Below, piece by piece: positions 33,427-43,288 of a stretch of 64,000 bases of DNA. The position numbers and the translations under genes are program-made. Within the stretch, counting starts at the first letter, position 1; every line of letters begins with the position of its first letter. Source of the stretch: a bacterium (GTDB taxonomy: Bacteria > UBA8248); the NCBI GenBank assembly GCA_965207065.1, contig OZ242260.1, positions 1,482,551 to 1,546,550 on the forward strand, in the 5' to 3' direction. The notes under the pieces were generated by a model. That model was given only the letters and a program-made list of their open reading frames with translations. It had not been told where the DNA came from and did not search any database.

Positions 33427-33446
33427 CGCCTTCCAGCTCTCCTTCG
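33427..33446. repeat. 20-bp perfect palindrome TTATGTAGAG|CTCTACATAA flanked by CCGG, resembling two abutted RIT termini
   Basis: Read directly; each half differs from the RIT terminus TTATGTGGAG by one base; sits between the IS256 C-half junction and the RIT left end. Confidence 0.6.
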
Positions 33447-33641
33447 ATTCCCGGTTATGTAGAGCTCTACATAACCGGGATTATGTGGAGTTCATGGTTA
33501 TGTGGAGTTCATCCTGGAGTTCGTTGTTTTTGTGTGGTTTGCGGGTAGCGAACTCCACATAACTTTTGCATCGTCTCTCCTGTCCGCGTCGTTTCGGAGA
33601 GCGGCGGCAAGACAGGCCTGCCGCCGCTCTCCGTTCCCTCA

Positions 33642-34652
33642 TCAGCACCTCGAGCGTTGTCCGTCTCCATTGCCTGCGAGCATGGCGAGCAGCTTGTCGG
33701 GCGCCCGGAAGCGACCCGGCCGGAGGTCCGGCAATCGGGCGCCGTCGAGCATCTCGAGTTTTTCTGTGGGGTCGGCGTGCAGATAGACCTCGGTGCTCTG
33801 GATGGTCGCATGTCCGAGCCAGAGGGAGACCTTGCGCATGTCCCCGGTTGCCTGAAGCGTATGCATCGCGCAACTGTGTCTCAGGGTGTGGGGCGTCACG
33901 TGTTTGCCGGCGAGGCCCGGCTCCGCCCTGGCCGCGTTCTTCAGATGTTTTGCGAGTATGACGTTGAACCCCCAGCGGCTCAGCCTTCGCCCGAGCCGGT
34001 TGTGGAACAGTTCCGGGTCGCCTTCGGGGTCGCGCAGGCGGAGCCATGCCTCGATGCCCGAGCGCGTCTCTTTCCAGAGCGGAAGTCTCCGCTCGCGGCG
34101 TCCCTTGCCCATGATCCGGACGCCGGCCGGCGCCCGGCGGTCGTAGTCGTCGAGCTTCAGGGCGGTCAGTTCACTGACGCGCAGTCCGCAGGCGTACGTC
34201 AGATGGAGCATGGCCCGGTCACGTATTCCGTCCCTTCGCCCCGGGTCGGGCGCGTCGAGCAGGGCCTTGATCTCGGCGCGGGTGAGCCAGGCCACCAAGG
34301 CCTTGTCTGCCTTCTTCTTCGGGATCAGGGCGATCCGGACGGCTTGCTCCAGGGTGCCGGGCTCGCGCCATTCGACGAAGCGGAAGAACGCCTTGACGGC
34401 CGCGAGGCGCGCGTTGCGCGTACTGACGGCCGCGCCCTTGCGCTCGACGTGCTCCAGGAAGGCGAGCACCATATCCGCGTCGATCTGCTCGAGAGCAAGC
34501 TGCGAAGGTCTCACCCCGAGCCTGCGGGCGACGAAGCGCAGCAGCAGCGACAGCGCTCGCGAGTAGGCGTCCACCGTGTTCGGGCCGGCGCCCTTCTCAA
34601 AGGGGAGATGCTCGGACACGAAGGCGCTTGCATGCCGGGCCAGCGGGGTCAT
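33642..34652 (-). CDS. ritC: Tyrosine recombinase RitC-like
   Basis: Start MTPLARH overlapping the ritB stop (ATGA); ...HTLRHSCAMHTLQATGDMRKVSLWLGHATIQSTEVYLH. Confidence 0.6.
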   Translation of the reverse strand: MTPLARHASAFVSEHLPFEKGAGPNTVDAYSRALSLLLRFVARRLGVRPSQLALEQIDADMVLAFLEHVERKGAAVSTRNARLAAVKAFFRFVEWREPGTLEQAVRIALIPKKKADKALVAWLTRAEIKALLDAPDPGRRDGIRDRAMLHLTYACGLRVSELTALKLDDYDRRAPAGVRIMGKGRRERRLPLWKETRSGIEAWLRLRDPEGDPELFHNRLGRRLSRWGFNVILAKHLKNAARAEPGLAGKHVTPHTLRHSCAMHTLQATGDMRKVSLWLGHATIQSTEVYLHADPTEKLEMLDGARLPDLRPGRFRAPDKLLAMLAGNGDGQRSRC

Positions 34653-35566
34653 GACGCGTCCTCCCCATGGAAGGCTTCCGTCCGCCGGGCGACTTCTCCC
34701 AGCAGCGCCTCGGTGCTCTCGTGATACCACCAGGTATGGGCGACGGAGGCATGGCCGAGCCAGGCGCTGAGAGCGACCATGTGCCGGGCGACCGCCCGCC
34801 GCCCGGAGCCGCAGGCTTCGAGCGAGCGCACCGCGAAGGTGTGGCGCAAGTCGTGGATACGCGGGTTGCGCCCGTCTTCCCGCGCACCTGCGAGACCTGT
34901 GCGCGAGCGCATCCGGCGGAACACGGCGCGGGCCGCGGAAGGACCCATGCGGCCGCGGCCGTCGGCCAGGAAGAGGGCTTCGGTATCCGCCGGCACGCGA
35001 ACCCGCGCCCGGAGGTGACGCGCGAGTTGCGTTTCGACCGTGGGATGGAAGGGCAGCAGGCGCCGTCCTCCACGCTTCGCCGTCCTGACCATCAGTCCCT
35101 CCGGGGTGACGTCATCCACGTCGATCGCCAGCGCCTCGCAGCCCCGCAGTCCGGTGGCGGCGATCAGCCCGAACAGGATCCGGTACTGGCCCGGGACCGG
35201 GCACCTGATCGTGGCGCACTCATCGGCCACGGCCAGGAGCGCGGCGATCTCGGAAGCAGAGTAGATGTAGGGCTTGGGCCGCACCCGGTGCGCGCGGGGC
35301 AGGACGTCCGCCGGAGGCGCCTCGTGCCGGGGGTCCTCCACGGCCATCGCCAGGGCGAAGCGGCGCACGAGCAACACCAGTCTGCGCCGCTGCAGGGCCG
35401 ATGAGGAACGGCGCGCCCATTCGAGGACGCTCTGCGTGTTGACGTGGCTATCGCCGCGGGCCTGCGCGAAGGCGGCGTAGTTCGCGAGACGCCGGGCGTC
35501 CTTGCGGAAGCTGCGCCCGGCGGCGCGGATGGAGGCGACGTATCGCTCGACGGCATCGACGATCAT
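34649..35566 (-). CDS. ritB: Tyrosine recombinase RitB-like
   Basis: Start MIVDAVERY; ATG overlaps the ritA stop (ATGA); ...HDLRHTFAVRSLE...LGHASVAHTWWY; the long upstream extension of the 640-aa ORF is antisense junk. Confidence 0.6.
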   Translation of the reverse strand: MIVDAVERYVASIRAAGRSFRKDARRLANYAAFAQARGDSHVNTQSVLEWARRSSSALQRRRLVLLVRRFALAMAVEDPRHEAPPADVLPRAHRVRPKPYIYSASEIAALLAVADECATIRCPVPGQYRILFGLIAATGLRGCEALAIDVDDVTPEGLMVRTAKRGGRRLLPFHPTVETQLARHLRARVRVPADTEALFLADGRGRMGPSAARAVFRRMRSRTGLAGAREDGRNPRIHDLRHTFAVRSLEACGSGRRAVARHMVALSAWLGHASVAHTWWYHESTEALLGEVARRTEAFHGEDAS

Positions 35567-36804
35567 GACGCGCCTCCCGGCCAGGGCTGCGCAATCTCGC
35601 GAAGCCGTATCGGGTCCGTTCTGGCGTAGATGGAAGTGGTCAGTATACTCCTGTGCCGCAGGAGCGTGGCGATGGTCTCCAGCGTGGCGCCGTCTTCGAG
35701 CAACCGGCAGGCCACCGAATGGCGAAGCAGGTTTACGCCTCCCGATGGAGTATCCTCCAATCCCGCGCGGCGCAGGGCGCTCGCGACGATTGAGCCGACG
35801 ACGGACGAGGAGGAGAAGGGACGCCAGGGCGGACGCATACAGAGGAACACGTGCGGGTCGTCCAACGGCGGCCGCCCGTCCTTCAGCCAGACGAGGATGG
35901 CGTCGCCGACCTCCTGGGGCAGGGGCAGCGTGGCCTCGCGACGCCCCTTGCCCGTGACGCGCAGACGTCCGCGCCGCCAGTCGATCTGCTCGAACGTCAG
36001 GCCGCCGGCGTCGCCCGCCCTGAGCCCCAGCCGGGCGACCAGGAGCAGGAAGGCGAGGTCCCGCCGTCCGATCGCCGTGCCCGTGTCGCAGGAGGCGAGG
36101 AGCCGCTCCACCTCCGCCGCCTTCAGGCCGCGCGGAACGTTGTCGCGCCGCGGCATGACGACGCACGGCACGGCTCTTGCCAATATCGCCGGACACCGGT
36201 CGAGCGCGGCGTTGTACCCGAGCCAGGAGCGTAGCGCCGTCGCTCTCGACTTCCGGGAGGGCAACTTCCCGGACAGACCCGCGTGGGAGAACGCCGCGCG
36301 AAGGTTCGCGGCGTCGTAGCGCGCCGGGTCCGTGCCGACCAGCGGCAGCAGTTGGCTCAGCGCGCACTCGTAGCGCCGCAGGCTCGAGGCGGCCAGCCCC
36401 TTGTGCCGCCCAAGCCAGTCGAGCCAGGCCGCGACCTCCGGCGCCCGTTCCGGCGTTCGCACCGCCGGAGCATCGGTCACCCCGCTCCCTGAGAGGAACC
36501 GCACGAACCTTCGCACCCCGTAGAGGTACCTCTTGCCGGGCGGACGGCGGCGCGCCCCGGGACAGCGGCACTCATGAGCGCCGAAGCGAGCCACATCGCT
36601 CTCGACGGCGTCATCCGGACATCTGCCCGTCAAGTGAAGCCAATGGCAAAAATGCCGGGCTGCCTGAACGTATCCCTCCACCGTCGAGCAAGTGTGATCG
36701 AGTTGGAACAGATGATGCCGGTAGGCGTCGACGTGCCGGGCGTGCGGCCCCATGTCCATCAACCAGCGTCGTGTGACAGGATCGAATCGTGTCGTATCGG
36801 GCAT
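35563..36804 (-). CDS. ritA: Tyrosine recombinase RitA-like
   Basis: 413 aa; C-terminal catalytic region ...LRHSVACRLLEDGATLETIATLLRHRSILTTSIYAR (HxxR...Y). Confidence 0.65.
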   Translation of the reverse strand: MPDTTRFDPVTRRWLMDMGPHARHVDAYRHHLFQLDHTCSTVEGYVQAARHFCHWLHLTGRCPDDAVESDVARFGAHECRCPGARRRPPGKRYLYGVRRFVRFLSGSGVTDAPAVRTPERAPEVAAWLDWLGRHKGLAASSLRRYECALSQLLPLVGTDPARYDAANLRAAFSHAGLSGKLPSRKSRATALRSWLGYNAALDRCPAILARAVPCVVMPRRDNVPRGLKAAEVERLLASCDTGTAIGRRDLAFLLLVARLGLRAGDAGGLTFEQIDWRRGRLRVTGKGRREATLPLPQEVGDAILVWLKDGRPPLDDPHVFLCMRPPWRPFSSSSVVGSIVASALRRAGLEDTPSGGVNLLRHSVACRLLEDGATLETIATLLRHRSILTTSIYARTDPIRLREIAQPWPGGAS

Positions 36805-36952
36805 CGTAACCTCCTGTTGTGAATAGGCGCCCGAAGCGCGGGCGCGGACAGGAGAGACGATGCAAAAGTTATGTGGAGTTCGCTACCCGCAAACCACACA
36901 AAAACTACGAACTCCAGGATGAACTCCACATAACCATGAACTCCACATAATC

Positions 36953-37582
36953 CCGGAAGCCCGGCTCCAGGGCCAGGAAGCGCTTGCGGCCCCGCGCGTC
37001 GCAGCCCACAACCACCAGAAGACAGCGCCGCTCCCCGCTGCGCACGTTCACGTAGATGCCGTCCGCCCACAGATACGCGAACTCCTCGTCATCCCACGCC
37101 CGCTCGCGCCACTGCGCGTACTCGCGCTCCCAGCCCTCCTTGAGACGCGAGACCGTCGACGGGGACAAGCCCCCCACCGACTCGCCGAACAGCGCCCGGA
37201 GCGCCTCATCGAAGTCGTTCGTCGATACCCCCTTCAGGTACAGCCACGGTATCACCGCCTCCACGCGCCGCGTCTTGCGCAGATACGGCGGCAACAACTC
37301 CGAGCGGAAACGCCGCCCCGAACCCGACCTGTCCCGCGTCCGCGGGACACGGACACGCACCCGACCCACTCCCGTCAATACCTCCCGCGACGGCAGATAG
37401 CCGTTGCGCACCACCGCGCGACGACCCTGCGCGTCGTGTTCGCCCGCATGTTCTGCCAGATAGGCTTCCAACTCCGCTTCCACCGCCTGGCGGATGATTC
37501 GCTGCGCGCCCGCGCGTACCAGTTCGCTCAACTCGTCGCGATAGGCTGGATTCCGGAAGGGAATCGTCGTATCTTCTCTCAT
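36953..37582 (-). mobile_element. IS256-family transposase N-terminal half
   Basis: MREDTTIPFRNPAYRDELSELVRAGAQRIIRQAVEAELEAYLAEH...RNGYLPSREVLTGVGRVRVRVPRTRDR...LKGVSTNDFDEALRALFG...YLWADGIYVNVR...LVVVGCDARGRKRFLALEPGFR. Confidence 0.7.
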
Positions 37583-37772
37583 GGTGGCGCATCTCCTTGT
37601 GCTGAATGACCGGGCTTCTGACAACCCTATTTCAGCAGGATGCGCCGCCTTCTTCAATTCAGCCCATACACAAGTTCTGAGAGTAACTCCAGTATATACG
37701 ATGATTTTTGCAAAAGGAAAAATTGGTGATTGGTCGTAATTGCATAAGGCATATACTCACTTGACTAACCCA

Positions 37773-38741
37773 CTATCTATCAGGCCATATTTCAGCATCC
37801 TCGCCCGGTTCTTGATTTGGCCTGAAATCCAGCAGGTAGGTTTCGGGGTCGATTTTCGAGAACGTAACATCTGTCCGGCCATACTCGATGAGGTGATGCC
37901 TCGTCACATACACGCCAGAACCAACACGTAGACGCGCCCTCAAGTAAGCACCGAGCAAACTGTTGTCCTGTGTAGTGTGCAATCCCTTTCCGGCATCTTG
38001 AGCGCGAACACATATGAAGCTGTCGCCATCATCCGTAAGAACCGTGAATTGCTCAAACCTGTCAGGGAAGAATCCACTACGCCCCACGCTTGCGGGAATG
38101 TTGATGTAGGCTTGGTTCGGGTTTCTCCCAGACCTTTGCCCCCAGTTAATGCCCGATCTGGTAGGCGTCTCACCTTCTCTCGAAAGAAGAGTGAGGGTAA
38201 CGCTTTCAAGTGGGCTTCCCGTCTCAAAACCCTTCCGGCTTTGCAGCAAGGTGATCTGAGTGTCGATATGGGGCTGAATGCAGTCCGATGCGTTCCTGAG
38301 AATGAGGTTGTGGAAGTCGTTTGCATCGCATGAATCGGCTGGGGACATGACCTCTATTTGCGCCCTTCCGAATCCCGTCATAGTATAGTTGGCGGAGCCG
38401 CAGAAAGCCTTTATCGGCTCTCCTTTGGCATTCAACCACACATACGATTTAGCATGAACTGGATTGCCTCGAACCACGTATCGGCAAATGAAGTCCGTAT
38501 CCCAGGACGGATGATCCATCATTTTGCAGAATGCGGAATGCTGGGCTTCCTCTATCCCGTGTTGTATCGTCATGCCGATTATGAGTTCTATCGAGATGTT
38601 GAGGTCTAGTTCCTTCAGGTGCTCCATATGCCTGTCGGCCATATTCGCGGTAGCGAATCCGCTGACAATACGCAGGCGCCCTCCGTTCACGTCATACGCG
38701 GGCGATAGCAGGACTTCACGGAAGAGGTCTTCGTGGATCAT
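37773..38741 (-). CDS. Type II restriction endonuclease, PLD (HKD) family with B3-like C-terminal domain (NgoFVII/BfiI-like)
   Basis: HAKSYVWLNAKGEPIKAFCGSANYT = HxK(x4)N(x6)GSxN PLD motif; start overlaps the methylase stop (ATGA). Confidence 0.6.
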   Translation of the reverse strand: MIHEDLFREVLLSPAYDVNGGRLRIVSGFATANMADRHMEHLKELDLNISIELIIGMTIQHGIEEAQHSAFCKMMDHPSWDTDFICRYVVRGNPVHAKSYVWLNAKGEPIKAFCGSANYTMTGFGRAQIEVMSPADSCDANDFHNLILRNASDCIQPHIDTQITLLQSRKGFETGSPLESVTLTLLSREGETPTRSGINWGQRSGRNPNQAYINIPASVGRSGFFPDRFEQFTVLTDDGDSFICVRAQDAGKGLHTTQDNSLLGAYLRARLRVGSGVYVTRHHLIEYGRTDVTFSKIDPETYLLDFRPNQEPGEDAEIWPDR

Positions 38742-39841
38742 ATTGTGAGTTCATAAGCAGGGACGTCATGCTTGACGAGTGAATTCAGGACGGCGCGATA
38801 AACGACCTCCGCGCCCTTCGGTGGAACGGCCATGCCGATTTGCTTTCGCACGGATTCTTTCCCGCCCTCAAAGACAAAGCTGTCGGGAAATGTTTGGAGT
38901 CTCGCCCTTTCTCTATTCGTCAAGGCGCGATTTTCTTCCCAATGATATAGATGCGTTCCACCGCCACCGGAACCAGTAACCGTATAGCTTGGCGCATCCG
39001 GCTTGAGTCTTCTGTAAATTTGGCTGATGGTTGCGCCGCTCTTGAGGTTCAATTTTAGATGCTTGGGCAAATCAGCCGTGAAGGCGTTCTCTCCCGGCTT
39101 GATATGTTTCAACCTCTCGACAACATTTCCAGACTGGTTTGTGCGCTCGTTGTTGGTCGCATCATCCGGTATGTCGCTCAATGCTTCTTTAGCCGTATTG
39201 AAATTATCCATGTGTGTGGGCGCAGGATGCTCGAAAGAATCAATGCCCAGGTCTTTGCGAAAACCGACCACGAACAATCTGTGGCGCGCTTGAGGCACTC
39301 CGTATTCCTCTAGGCGATAGGTGTGCGGGAAAATCGCATATCCGGCTTTTCGCAGGGAAGACAGGATGATGGCAAAGTCTTTATTATCACCGCTCGACTT
39401 GATGCCGCTCACATTCTCGGCTACGAAAAATGCAGGTTTCTTCGCCTTGAGCGCACGCACTCCCCAGATGTAAAGGCCACCATGCTGGCCAGATATACCC
39501 CGTCGCTCTCCTATTACGCTGAAATCATTGCATGGGAACCCGAAGGCCAGCCCGTCAATATCCGCCAGTTCCTTGAAGTCCAAGTCCTTCACATCCCCGC
39601 ACATGACACCGCCTTCCGGCAACGGGATATTATTTTCGAGCGTCTTGCAAGCATCCGCGTCCCTGTCGTTTACCCACACGTGAACGAAACCATGCCCGCC
39701 CACCTTCGCGTTGTGCGCGCCCAGCGTCATGCCTCCTGCACCAGCAAATAATTCACCTATCCGATAGGTCTTGTGATCCGGAGATGGAGCCATAGCGAGC
39801 GCAAGCTGATTGTCGAAGCTCATCCGGTAAGCTCCCGCCAA
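38738..39841 (-). CDS. DNA cytosine-5 methyltransferase
   Basis: Motif I FAGAGG, motif IV GFPCNDFS, ENV, PQARHRLF; 367 aa. Confidence 0.75.
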   Translation of the reverse strand: MAGAYRMSFDNQLALAMAPSPDHKTYRIGELFAGAGGMTLGAHNAKVGGHGFVHVWVNDRDADACKTLENNIPLPEGGVMCGDVKDLDFKELADIDGLAFGFPCNDFSVIGERRGISGQHGGLYIWGVRALKAKKPAFFVAENVSGIKSSGDNKDFAIILSSLRKAGYAIFPHTYRLEEYGVPQARHRLFVVGFRKDLGIDSFEHPAPTHMDNFNTAKEALSDIPDDATNNERTNQSGNVVERLKHIKPGENAFTADLPKHLKLNLKSGATISQIYRRLKPDAPSYTVTGSGGGGTHLYHWEENRALTNRERARLQTFPDSFVFEGGKESVRKQIGMAVPPKGAEVVYRAVLNSLVKHDVPAYELTI

Positions 39842-40746
39842 GAGAGTTTCCCGCAGGTGATGCGGCTGATGATGTTTTCACATCGGATGCCTGAGCTTCG
39901 CTCTTTCCTCATGTTGAATCGAGCGGAGTATTCGTCCACATAGCGATGCAAATGCTTCGCGCTCATCTTGTAATAGACGCCGATATAACCGCGCTTGAGC
40001 AAGCTCCAAAAGCTTTCCACGCCATTCGTATGCGCCATGCCCTTCACATACTGGCCTACGCGGTGGTTCACCATGACATGATGATAGAGACGGCCTAGAT
40101 GCCGATAGGAGAGAAACTCATCCGTTGAAATGACCGACCCGGATGCGACCGACTTGAGGACTTCCCTTGCTATGGTGCGCTTCTTGGTGTTCTCGACTGG
40201 ACGGGCCACAATATCTCCGCCTCGTTGTAACATCGCCAGGACGGGTTTCTTCGTTTTTAGACTGCGCCCCTTGGTTCCTCCGGTGCGCTTGTGTTTATGC
40301 TTGTTGGCCTCTCGACCCCCGATATAACTTTCATCGACCTCAATCGTTCCCGAGAGCTTGGGAGCCTTTTCGGTTGCGCCAAAGGCTTTTCTGATTCTGT
40401 GTTCCATGAACCATGCCGTATTGTATGCAACGCCAAGCTCACGCTGCAACTGCGTAGCGGGAATGCCTCTGCGATTCGAGGACATGAGCCATATCGCCAC
40501 GATCCATTTTCGGAGAGGAACTGGAGAATCCTGAAATATCGTGCCGATTCTCACAGTGAATTGATCACGGCAATCAGCGCACTTATACCGCTTCCCATCG
40601 CTGAAAGCATAGACCTTGCCCGTGCTTCCACACTTAGGGCAATACATCCCATGCCGCCACCTGATTTGCGCGATGTACTTGTGAGCCGCTTCCTCGTTCG
40701 GTATGTTTTCGTATAGCTGATTCAGGCTGTCAAAACTTATTTCCAT
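39820..40746 (-). CDS. IS1595-family transposase
   Basis: N-terminal zinc ribbon CPKCGS...CADC, then a DDE_Tnp_IS1595-like core (IEVDESYIGG..., HTNGVESFWSLLKRG...). Confidence 0.7.
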   Translation of the reverse strand: MEISFDSLNQLYENIPNEEAAHKYIAQIRWRHGMYCPKCGSTGKVYAFSDGKRYKCADCRDQFTVRIGTIFQDSPVPLRKWIVAIWLMSSNRRGIPATQLQRELGVAYNTAWFMEHRIRKAFGATEKAPKLSGTIEVDESYIGGREANKHKHKRTGGTKGRSLKTKKPVLAMLQRGGDIVARPVENTKKRTIAREVLKSVASGSVISTDEFLSYRHLGRLYHHVMVNHRVGQYVKGMAHTNGVESFWSLLKRGYIGVYYKMSAKHLHRYVDEYSARFNMRKERSSGIRCENIISRITCGKLSWRELTG

Positions 40747-40999
40747 GACCTTCCCTCCCTATGATGATAACAATATACATCATTTAATTGGGTTAGTCAA
40801 GTGAGTATATGCCTTGCATAAAGGTACACTCTACGTTACGTCTGTTCGGTATTTCTTTTTTGCTCCTTATTCCCTATGTCCAAATCTTCGATCCACACGG
40901 AACTAACTGCGCCGTCAATATTATTATGTTCAGCTTACCACGGAATGATCTCGCAGCTGACTAGATACTGAGATAATCACTATCATTGGCACCAGAAGG

Positions 41000-41900
41000 C
41001 TGCGGTGCCATCTGGCGGAGTTCGGGCTCATCGCTCCAAAAGGGGCCGGTTCATCTCACATGGTTGCTGTTGGCAGTGAAAGGTCTGGACTCGGGTCTGC
41101 CGGAGGCGGTGCACGAACTGGGCGGGGTTCTGCTCGCGTAGATTGCCAGCCTGAAGGAGAAGATACAGGAGTTGGAGGGGCAACTGCGCGCGAGCGCGCG
41201 CGAAGACGAGGAGGCGAGACACCTGATGAACATCCCGGGGGTCGGGTCGCTCTGCGCGTCGGTGATACAGGCCTTCGCGCCGCCGATGGAAAGCTTCCGA
41301 CACGGGAGGGATTTCTCCGCCTAGATCGGCCTCGTGCCCCGACAACACTCCACGGGCGGCAAAACGCGGGTGGGCAGAATATCAAAGATGGGCCAGCGCG
41401 ACATCAGGCGGCTTTTGATCATAGGGGCCATGGCGGTAGTGGGTTGGGCGGTCCGGCGCGGCGCGCCGGCGGGTTCATGGTTGGCCCGGATGTTGGCGCG
41501 CAAACCTCTTATGCTGGTCGCGGTGGCGCTGGCGAATCGAATGGCGCGCATCGCTTGGGTGTTGATGACGAACAGGGAATTCCACAAGGAGCCTGTGCCG
41601 GTCATCTGAGCGGCAGGCGAGTGAATATAGCCGGGAGGAATGTAAGCAGGTCGGAGGACGGGTAAGGGAAAATGGTCGACGAGACGGGATCGGGAAAACC
41701 AGGGTACATTCGAGAGTTAACAAGCTCGCGAGGCCGATTCGGACCCGGTCCGCGCATCTCCATACGGGCCCGCGGTAAGAGTTAAACGCCGCAAACGAGA
41801 GGTCGGACATACGACTGCACCTGACCACGGACCCTGAATCGTTGAAATAACATGCTTGTATTCACGGGGTCGTCCACATACGAATGTACGACAGAGCCTG
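41000..41900 (+). pseudogene. Second IS110-family copy, degraded (stops and frameshifts), with homologous 3' noncoding end
   Basis: ...LKEKIQELEGQLRASAREDEEARHLMNIPGVGSLCASVIQAFAPPMESFRHGRDFSA*IGLVPRQHSTGGKTRVGRISKMGQRDIRRLL... Confidence 0.6.
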
Positions 41901-42068
41901 ACCGTATTGCGACGAACCCTCCGAAGAAAACGCTTGCATTCTAGTGGGCGTCCATGTTCATAAATATACGATTGGGTGAACGCGACCTCCCATCGACAGC
42001 GACTCGTTTGCTTTTGTTGCCAAGTCAGCGCATGCCACTTAACGAGATGTATCAGTGGGAGTGAGGAA

Positions 42069-42420
42069 ATGAACATCGCAGAACTCAAACAAATTAGCCG
42101 GACTGGACCGGTTCTCGACATAACTAATTACACAGATCATTTCATAAGGTCACTTGTTAAGTTGATCCGAAGCACGAAACGTCACGGCGTTATGTTTGAG
42201 ACGGAATCGTCGACTTCCGCAGCCGCATGGCTACTGTGTATAGCGGATGCCAATGCTTTCGGAACCCTCAGCACCGACGCTCAGTTGGAATGTACATTTC
42301 CCGAGATGGCTCCAAACCAACTCCTAGGATTTCGGGGGCAGAAGGCCAAATATGAGAGTATTGTGACTAGACTGCATCGATTATTGCGCCAGGCTAAGCC
42401 CTGGAGAGGAGGATGCCATG
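42069..42420 (+). CDS. Hypothetical protein (low-GC)
   Basis: MNIAELKQISRTGPVLDITNYTDHFIRSLVKLIRSTKRHGVMFE...; the ORF continuation beyond ~42420 enters GC-rich DNA and is probably not coding. Confidence 0.3.
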
Positions 42421-43288
42421 ACCTGAAACCTCTCGTAGCGACCCAGAGGGTTCGACTCCCGCCCGGCAAAGGCGAAGCCGGCCAGCCGGAAGCGAGTCTT
42501 GCATGGCGTGCGGCAACGCCCGTCGTGAAGCGTAGACAGCAGGTGATGAAGCGGCGGGGTAAGCCTCGAAATCGGTCAATCGACGACGCCTTCATTGTTA
42601 ATCGTGTGGGGGCAGCACCGGGAGCGCCGCCAATGGCGAGGCGCAACGGGTCGTCCGGGGTCGTGGGCCGGCGCAAAGTCACGGGACGGGTCGCCAGGGA
42701 ACCTGGGAGATCCTGCTCTTGCCCGTGGGCAAGAACGCTGGAAAGGGGACGGCCAGCGTGAACAATCCAGACCCCGGCCCGTCGCCGGACCTGCACGGCG
42801 GCGGGAGCGCCCCAGGGCGGACACGAACCCGGCAGGCGCCCGCGGAACCGGCTGGCCAAAACAATAAGCCGAAGGACATGCGAGGGTAGGAAGTCGTAGC
42901 GCCCTGATAGTACCGCTGAAGGCGGGGAACCGTGGCCATCGGGACCCGCTGGAGGGAAGCGGGGCGTCATCTGTACAGAACCACTGATGGGAAACGATGG
43001 AGGAAACTCTGAGTTCCACCAACACGTACACGAAACAGCAGTGGATAGCCGAACAGGCGAGGAATGCCTCGACCTGCGGACCAAGGGTGACAACCCCTTG
43101 AGCGAACCTGTCAGGTGAGGAACCGAGTGCGTCAATCGCGCACGCTCGGGTCTGCGGGGGGAGGGGCGCAGCAATGCCCCCTCCTACCCGGCCCTCAAGA
43201 AAAGCGTGTCGAGGCAGACAAAGCTTTCAGTTGGTTTCGTGCTGCAATTTCAGCTTGGCACAATACAAACTTCCGCTACCTTAATGAC

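Larger units (their letters stand above)
33451..36952 (-). mobile_element. RIT (recombinase-in-trio) element with three tandem tyrosine recombinases, 127/110-bp terminal IRs and 17-bp subterminal repeats, inserted into the IS256 transposase gene with a CCGG duplication
   Basis: Left IR 33451-33577 vs right IR 36843-36952 (reverse complement, 1 mismatch plus one extra 17-bp unit TTATGTGGAGTTCATGG on the left); IS256 reading frame ...LALEPGFR|ESKESW... is restored when 33427..36956 is removed. Confidence 0.75.
37745..40815 (-). mobile_element. IS1595-family element (3.07 kb, 26-bp terminal IRs) carrying a restriction-modification pair as passenger
   Basis: IRs AAGGCATATACTCACTTGACTAACCC (37745-37770) and its reverse complement (40790-40815); TGCATA on both flanks; ~48% GC. 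Confidence 0.7.

Noticed and set aside
42400-43200. Possible tRNA, tmRNA, retron ncRNA or group II intron domain V in the GC-rich block
   Set aside because: Specific tests by eye failed: no cloverleaf, no AGC-triad domain V hairpin, no tmRNA termini, and no adjacent RT for a retron. It is kept only as an unexplained structured insert.
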